In this document: positions 56,590 through 64,000 of the stretch, one piece after another
Position numbering within the stretch: the first letter of the stretch is position 1
How the letters are laid out: the number at the start of each line of letters is the position of its first letter
DNA from: Octopus vulgaris
Lineage: Eukaryota
DNA length: 64,000 bases
Assembly (NCBI GenBank): GCA_951406725.2
Contig: OX597826.1
Location: forward strand, 55,986,001 to 56,050,000
Direction: 5' to 3'
Made by a program: the position numbers and the translations under genes
The notes under the pieces: model-generated
The model's database searches: none
Seen by the model: only the letters and a program-made list of their open reading frames with translations
What the model was told of the DNA's origin: nothing

Positions 56590-57542
56590 TGTTTCAGAAA
56601 TTTATAGAGGATTAGTGGCGGTGACGTGCGAGGACTTTCTTGGGGAGACTCTGGGCACCGGCGAAAACAAACTGGCTAGTCTGTTACGGAGGACTTTCCA
56701 GTCGGGAACTATCATGTATAATTTTCAGATGTCCTTGGCCTAGCAGTGCTACGGGGTGGGGTGGGGCACTACCGTTTTGAGATGAACTCTACAGGCATGG
56801 TTGTGCTGTCAGACGGGCTTGTTCTGTGGTGTGCGAAGAGTGACGAAACCGTTTTGCACGCCCTCGTTCAGTGTCCAGGCATTGCTGACCTGTGGGGTTA
56901 TGCCGAACAGTTGCTGTGCTGTCACGTGTGAGATGGGTCCGTCCGTCAGCCGAGTCAGTAGTGATGATCGTACCGCCACCCTCCTTCAATCGGGCATGCA
57001 AAGCAGTTTTCCTTTGCTTGGTGGCTGTGGCGAAAGAGGGTGTTTGGTGGACAAGGCTGAAAGGAATGAGTACAGATACATTCCTCTTTGGTAGAGCTCT
57101 CATTGGTTTCTTCAAGTTACACTTGAAAAGGAAATTGAGAGTGGAGAGGGAAGTGCTGTCTTCGAGTGAGTTTATTGAAAGGTGAGTGAAAGTCGTGAAA
57201 ATGGCAAGAGTGGATGGTACCTCTCTAAGTGCATAATTGTGAGTCGGAGACAAGGAATTGAAGAGGGCACTTGCTCCTAGGGTTTCAAGGTAAGCTCGGA
57301 CAGTGGGCTTCCTCGATTATCCCTAAAGGCCTTCCTGTATCAGGAGGGCCACATATCTAACATTCTCACCACCTTTTTTTAAGCCTTTGAATGTCCTTTC
57401 TTTTTTAGTGTATGCCGTGTATAAGTTATTTTTCTTTTTTTTTATCATTTCATAATATGTAAACCCCCACACTTTATGTCTGTATTTGTTTTGTTCCCCC
57501 TCATCCTAGTGGCAAATAAATGAAATCATTATTATTATTATT

Positions 57543-57545
<3 letters not shown>
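56590..57545 (+). mobile_element. 3' end of a Tx1/L1-clade LINE ORF2 (C-terminal zinc knuckle) with 3' UTR and (ATT)n tail
   Basis: CAKSDETVLHALVQCPGIADLWGY (CCHC remnant), then FLCLVAVAKEGVWWTRLKG...LSSSEFIER*VKV; AATAAA followed by an attatt tail. Confidence 0.75.
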
Positions 57546-57587
<42 letters not shown>

Positions 57588-57589
57588 AT

Positions 57590-57760
57590 TAAGGTGGCGA
57601 GCTGGTTGAATCGTTAGCACGCCAGACAAAATCCTTAGCGGCATTTCGTTCAGCGTTCAAATTCCACGGAGGCAGACTTTGCCTTTCATCCTTTAAGAAC
57701 CAGTCAAATACTGGGATCAATATGATCGACTACACCCTCCCCATAAATCCCAGGCCTTGT
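57590..57760 (+). mobile_element. Decayed SINE family B
   Basis: aaggtggcgagctgg..gaatcgttagcacgcc...gactttgcctttcatcc. Confidence 0.8.
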
Positions 57761-58520
57761 GGATTATTATTATTATTATTATCATCATCATTATTATTAT
57801 TATTACTACTACTACTAATATTGTATTTTTATTCACCAATAAATATAGACAAAATGCACTTTTGTTTGAAAATCCTGAGAATATTATCTGCATTCTATAA
57901 AGAAAATATCACCCTTACCACAACTCCATAACCACCACCTCAACCGCAACCACAACCACCATGAAGAAAAGGACGAATGTGAATGACAAAAAGAAGCGAA
58001 AATTTATAACAACAGTGAATTCCATCATCACCACCACCATCACTGCCAATATCAACACCAACAGCACCACCACAAACAATACGCCATCGCACGAACAAAA
58101 CCACTACTAGCACCACAACAACCACAAACACAAACCGCCACTTTCATCAACCTATGCTATATTCTATAATCCTGCATCAACCGATTTTTGTTTCTCGGCA
58201 ATTTTACTTGATATCAAATAAAGGCCATTAGCTATGTATAAGCAATCTTGTTCAAATCGCGAATATAAAAACTCTTTGCGTTTTTATTAGCTGTTTATCT
58301 CCTGCAGTTTTATTGGTTACCGAACTGATCAAGAATGGCCAGTATCGTTTTATTGTATCGTGTTGAATCAGGTCAAAGTAACATGACAGATTGGCTGCTT
58401 TCTTACAGAGGAACTTGTCTTAAACTTCGAACTATATTAACAACTTGTATTGGAGTATTGATGAAAATGTTACAATTTCCTTCGCAGTACAGTTTCCGGT
58501 AAAAGATCATGTATCTAAGC

Positions 58521-58589
<69 letters not shown>

Positions 58590-58668
58590 AGCATGTATGT
58601 ATATATATATATATATATTCACGCATACATGCATACATATATACGTATAACATTTACACGCATACACA

Positions 58669-58703
<35 letters not shown>

Positions 58704-59380
58704 CAATTGTTCGTTTGTTTTCCACCTGCCTTCGTCTTTTGTTTATTTTCATAAAGCTTCCCGTTATATATATATATATATATATACACACAAGCACAGG
58801 TGCAAAACATGAAGGAGGAAACCGTTCTCGAATACCAAAGGTAGAGTATTTTAATGACATCGTAAAAAAAATCCGCAGACTGCTACTCAGAGTTTCACAT
58901 AAGCAGACATTATACACTTGCTCTTTGGGAAGTCGTTTTAGCTCTAAGGAATAATATAAAATTATACACACAAACACCCACACATACACACATATCTAAT
59001 CAAATACATATATATACGCACACACACACGCTCACACACACATATATAATTTTTTAGAAGAAAGCAAGAGGTCGTTGACTGCGATGTTTCATCTTGTCCA
59101 TCCGCCGTCAAACTTGTAAGCTAAAACTTCGAAGTCACTATCAACCCTTTGTCTTGTAAAAATTGATGAATATGCACTGCACTACAAAATATTGAGTATT
59201 GGAGGGCATGGTGCTTTTAAACGCAGCCTGTGTGAAGGACGTGCCTTCTGATATAAAACCTTGCAATGAATCCAGTTTAATGTTAAATAGGTTTTTATAT
59301 AACGACACATAAAAACAGATATCAGTAAATATACAGTTAGATAGATAAGTAAATAAATAAATAAGTAAATGCATAAATAG

Positions 59381-59437
<57 letters not shown>

Positions 59438-59684
59438 TGGACTATGTAAATAACATATAATACACATATACGCATACATATACACATACACATACACATG
59501 CACACATATATATATATACACATATATATTTACACATACATATGCACATATATATACATATATGTACACACACACATATATATATATGTATACACACATA
59601 CACATGCACATATATATATATATATATACATATATATATGTGCATAGATACATATACACATATACACATGTCTATCTATCTAGC

Positions 59685-59732
<48 letters not shown>

Positions 59733-60009
59733 CATGTACGTATGCTTGTATATATACATTTATAGTGTATAGTGATGTGTTCATCCTATTTTTAATATGT
59801 TCCTGCACACTTGAACCTGAATGATATCCACTGCGGATTTTGTATCGGTAAATAATTTCTCTATACAGCCAGTGTACAAAAGCAGAACTCGCTCCGAATT
59901 ATATCACCAGACTATCAAGCACTGACTTTTGCCCCAGTGTCTGCCCCTGGATTGGTGTCTCCTATTATATATCCTTCCTAAGACCAATCCTTTGCAGTGT
60001 GTAATGGGT

Positions 60010-60605
60010 CTCCTACCTTCACTCTAAATTCGACACTGAAATTGTTGTTGATTCTTACCTTACTTACTTGATTTTCTGCATAACATAAGCTATTCATCGA
60101 CATCTAATATCCTTCTTATTTCTTTATTGCCCACAAGGGGCTAAACATAGAGGGGACAAACAAGGACAGACAAACGGATTAAGTCGATTATATCGACCCC
60201 AGTGCGTAACTGCTACTTAATGTATCGACCTCAGAAGGATGAAAGGCAAAGTGAACCTCGGCGGAATTTGAACTCAGAACGTAGCGACAGTGGAAATACC
60301 GCAAAGCATTTTCCCCGGCGTGCTAACGTTTCTGCCAGCTCGCCGTCTTATATATCTAATATCCTTCTTACTGAACGTAGTACCCTGTCTCAGTCAACGA
60401 ATGCCAAGAACAGTGTTTTATACTTAGCCAGGTGTTTCTCCGGACGTTGCTGACTAGGAAAATTGATGCAGTGGTACCGCTTTTAAGTACGAAGTCAATC
60501 CCCATCGAATGTAGGCTTACTCTGACACAGATCAGTTGTGTTATCACACTCTCTGCGACCTTCATAACTTGATCCAGTTTCTAGATCCATACATAGTTTC
60601 CTCTC
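60010..60605 (-). mobile_element. RTE-like LINE reverse-transcriptase remnant, interrupted by SINE B
   Basis: The - strand gives GNY..KLDQVMKVAESVITQLICVRVSLHSMGIDFVLKSGTTASIFLV / EKHLAKYKTLFLAFVD and KVRINNNFSVEFRVKVG, i.e. decayed RT domains. Confidence 0.75.
60119..60349 (-). mobile_element. Full-length SINE family B with 17-bp TSD
   Basis: atctaatatccttctta at 60102-60118 and 60354-60370. Confidence 0.92.
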
Positions 60606-60667
60606 TCTAAAATATCTCATTTGTCTTAGCAGCAGTTTACGATGATATTGCTACATCAGTCATTAGG

Positions 60668-60840
60668 TATGTTTACGTCCCTATGACATAGTGGTTCGGC
60701 AAAAGATACCGATAGAATAAGCACTAGGCTTACAAAGAATAAGATCTGAGGTCGATTTCTTGGTACCCAGTATAGCGGTGCTCCAGCATGGCCGCAGTCT
60801 AATGACTGAAATAAGTAACAGAATAACAGAGTAACAGAAT
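60668..60840 (+). mobile_element. SINE family A tail half
   Basis: ggttcggcaaaagataccgatagaataag...gctccagcatggccgcagtctaatgactgaaa. Confidence 0.85.
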
Positions 60841-60949
60841 AGGCCGGTTCAATTTTCGATGCCTACAGGACTGCTAAATTAATGCTAACATTTCATCTTC
60901 AGGCATTAACCATAAATATGTTCGGTTATGACGAATTTTCTTTATCAAA

Positions 60950-61670
60950 GCTTTGATTAATGTGGACTTATAATCATATTGCTTATTCGATTAAGGTGGA
61001 CTTTTGATCATAGGTCTCTTCGATTAATGCGGACGTTTGATCTAAGCCTGTTCGACTATTTCTATGCATACATCAGAAAGCGCTTTCATAGAAGTGTCCT
61101 ATGATCAAAGTTCCGCATTACTAGAAAAGCATACGACCAAAAGATCACATCGAAAATATTCAAGACTGTTCGATCAATGCGGATCTTTGATCATAGGTCG
61201 GTTTGATTAATACGGGTCTTTGATCGCCAGTCCCTTAAATCAATGCAAACTCTTGTTCAAAACTTTGTTCAGTTAAGCGGACTTTGGAGCGTAGTTCTCT
61301 TCAGTTAATGCTGATCTTTGGTCGCCTCTGTATTCGATTAATGCGGATGTTTGATCTAGGTTTGTTCGATTAATGAGGACCTTTAAGCAAGACCTTGTTC
61401 GACTAATGCAAAGCTTTGAACATAAGTATCTTTGATCAAAGTGCGTCTTTGCTCACTGTGCGATCCTTTTATCGTATGACGGTTCGATTAATGCGCACCT
61501 TTGATAAAAGGTATTTTTATTCAATGCGGACCTTTGATCGGACGGATGCCTGTTCGATTAATACCGGTAATTTTAAAGGACTGTTCAATGAATGCGATGT
61601 TTGAATCATAGATCTGTTCTGCTAATGAGGGTGCTTGTCATAAGTCGATTCAGTTAAAGTGGTCTTTTGG
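60950..61670. repeat. Degenerate ~33-bp minisatellite (consensus ~ttcgattaatgcggacctttgatcataggtctg) with an internal inverted block
   Basis: ttcgatta/caatgcgga..tttgatc recurs about every 33 nt; ~61097-61125 (tcctatgatcaaagttccgcattactaga) is a reverse-complement unit. Confidence 0.85.
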
Positions 61671-61689
61671 ACATGGATCAGATTTCAAT

Positions 61690-62075
61690 GAGAATATCAA
61701 GTGTTGGAGGTAACTGAGTACTCCGTTCGAAGGCTGGGTAAGTCAAGCAGCTGAAGCTCCCTGAAAGATCGATGGTACGCAGCGTCCTTCCTCCTAGACC
61801 GAGTAATTCGACGTCTATAGGGCGTGAAAGGGCTTGTAAGTCGATTTCGGGACTTGACACATATGCAGGTCCACATGGAACATATCTCACAAAGTGATCC
61901 GGTCAGTCCGGCAGAAGTTACAACTTTCGTCTGTCACCTATACTTCAAACCATGCAGATCTGCAGCGGGACTAAATAATAATCTGAGAGGTCATGGAAGG
62001 AATGTGAGAAACGCCATTGGTAATAAGAAAGCTCAGAGATGACAATCATCGGTGAAGATGGAGCAATCACCACGT
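61690..62075 (+). mobile_element. 3' end of an RTE-like LINE (decayed C2H2-like fingers)
   Basis: RERACKSISGL and TFVCHLYFKPCRSAAGLNNNLRGHGR resemble the C-x2-C..CxSxxGLxxHxRxH terminus of RTE ORFs. Confidence 0.6.
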
Positions 62076-62081
62076 ATATAC

Positions 62082-62321
62082 ACAGTTCTCCTTCGCCATA
62101 CCGCGGTTCGTTTATCGTGGTTCACCTATTGCGGCTTATTGATTAAGCTTACGTCGATTTCTCCGTGGTGTTGTTTTGCATTTATGACGAAATAAATATA
62201 TACAAATTATAAAAAAAATTATAAAAAATATACTGTGCAGTACTGTTTTTATTTCGCGGATTTTCACCTATCGCGGAGGTTTTGGGAATGTAGCACCCGC
62301 GATAGAAGAAGGATTTCTGTA
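62082..62321. mobile_element. Tc1/mariner-pogo (Tigger-like) MITE
   Basis: Imperfect TIRs acagttctccttcgccataccgcgg / ccgcgatagaagaaggatttctgta, with internal tatcgcgg-like repeats. Confidence 0.6.
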
Positions 62322-62878
62322 TATTAAGAGTAAGTGACTTCTGGATTACACACTGCCGTAGAAGCGTGTTTCATTGTTCAGTCACAGTAGCTCAACGCCT
62401 GTTTCAATCAATCGGCCGTGCTTTTACGCTTTTTGAGTCATGCATATCTAAGAAACTTCTAGCAAAAGCATTTAATATCCTCGACATGAGTTAAGTACGT
62501 TGTCCTTTCACACACATATTTACGCCATTTGTTACATACTCATTCAGTCGTGTGTATACATACACACACACGCGCACACACACACACACACACACATATA
62601 TGCACGCCCATGTCTCTATGTACTCATATGTGTGTGTATGTGTGCGTGTGCAATTCTGTATGAAAGCATGTATGCTTGAATGCCTGTGTGTATGTATGTG
62701 TATGCATGTGTGTATGTGCGTGCGTGCGTGTGTGTGTGTGCGTGTGTACAGGGAATTTGGCTAGATTTGAAGTTTTTTTTGTCTCCTTTTTCAGGTATAG
62801 GTTAATAGATATTGGTTAACAGTCAACGGCGTTGGAGAGCATGAAAATTAAAGTTGTTGCTGAGAAAAAGTTAGTGAC

Positions 62879-63011
62879 ATGGAGGACAGAAAGCCATCTG
62901 AATATTCGAAATGCATTACCGATAGCATGCTGTCCGCGCTATCACCAAGGCCTGCGCCAGGTTCCAGAGCCGTCTTGAGGCCGTACCAGAAGCAGATCGC
63001 GGCTAAGCTAA
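62879..63011 (+). CDS. Candidate first coding exon (acceptor at 62794/62795, 84-nt leader, ATG 62879): MEDRKPSEYSKCITDSMLSALSPRPAPGSRAVLRPYQKQIAAKL
   Basis: Strong acceptor ttttttttgtctcctttttcAG; in-frame upstream stops; Kozak-like gacATGG; GC-richer complex sequence. The donor AA|GTAAAC is weak. Confidence 0.4.
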
Positions 63012-63448
63012 GTAAACAGTTATCTCCCAGCCATAATCTAATTGACATTTTTAAAATTTAATTTTGTGTTTATCTTTGGATGTGACATTTTGTTTTGTCT
63101 TTCTTTTATGCAAGCTGTCAAATTTAGACCGAATACCCAGCATATAGCCATCCATCCATCCATATACCTATGTATGTATGAGAGACAGAGACAGGCAGAA
63201 ACAAGGAAAATGCCACTTGTATTTGAACACTATACAAATATTCTTTTAAAAAAACTTTCTTTTAATTTTACTAAATTTAATTATTTAATTGTTACAGTTG
63301 AAAAAGTCTCAACGACTGAAAACGGTACTGAAATGTTTATTATAAAATTATTTTAGCATTTTCTATCTTGACTTTTTTTTTTCCATATATATATATATAC
63401 ATATAGAACAATCTTACTTAGAAATGGATGCGTGCTTTCCATCATATA

Positions 63449-63957
63449 ATAAATTAATAAATAAATAAAACATATGCATATATACATACATATATGTACG
63501 TACCTACCTCTACATGTATATATACATGCATATATGGGTACAGGACACCAAATAAACGTCGAACACAATTAGAAACGAAAACATAAACACAAAACCAAGG
63601 AAATGGACATTTTTCTTAAACAACGAAAATATAGAGTACAGGACATACAAAACAAGGAAAATTCCCCTTCTTCAGTCGCCGTTGTTTCATCTACTCCACG
63701 TTTCGAAGGTCAACGTGGAGTAGATGAAACAACGGCGACTGAAGAAGGGGAATTTTCCTTGTTTTGTATGTCCTGTACTCTATATTTTCGTTGTTTAAGA
63801 AAAATGTCCATTTCCTTGGTTTTGTTTTCGTTTCTCATTGTGTTCGACGTTTTTTGGGTGTCCTGTACCCATATATGCATGTATATATACATGTAGAGGT
63901 AGGTACGTACATATATGTATGTATATATGCATATGTTTTATTTATTTATTAATTTAT
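63449..63957. repeat. Long near-perfect inverted repeat (~250-bp arms, 9-nt spacer tcgaaggtc at 63703-63711)
   Basis: The inner 114 bp (63589-63702 vs 63712-63825) are exact reverse complements; the outer arms differ by a ~8-nt indel and a few substitutions. Confidence 0.97.
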
Positions 63958-64000
63958 ATATACATATATATATATACATACATATATATACATATATATA

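Noticed and set aside
60950-61670. CRISPR-like periodicity
   Set aside because: Units abut without unique spacers and are highly diverged; there are no cas genes and the context is eukaryotic.
62848-63048. - strand ORF MSIRLWLGDN...
   Set aside because: It is the antisense shadow of the + strand candidate exon and has no supporting splice signals.
63739-63765. CTGAAGA followed by a small hairpin as a complete hammerhead
   Set aside because: No GAAA follows stem II, and no stem I can be formed in a permuted arrangement.

Overview
AT-rich, microsatellite-saturated eukaryotic DNA. The SINE families and repeat landscape look like an octopod cephalopod (Octopus-like); this is recalled family resemblance, not a database result. 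Nearly all ORFs in the supplied track are artefacts of (TA)n, (TG)n, (TATG)n, (TAA)n, (GAT)n and (GAA)n tracts. The window reads as mostly intron of a + strand gene. Two small phase-compatible exons (7390-7474, 14518-14566) splice to ...[44 protein letters not shown], and there is a possible ATG-bearing exon at ~62.8-63.0 kb; I could not identify the gene. Interspersed repeats include three tRNA-derived SINE families and decayed Penelope-like (YRDD RT), R4/Dong-like (RLE), Tx1/L1-like and RTE-like retroelements, plus MITE-like elements. The most notable signals are three fold-back (inverted-repeat) elements. One family carries, in two copies, a minimal type-I hammerhead-ribozyme architecture whose core reads GUGAACA, a compensatory G3-C8 swap of the canonical C3-G8 pair. 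No CRISPR, rRNA or bona fide tRNA gene was found.
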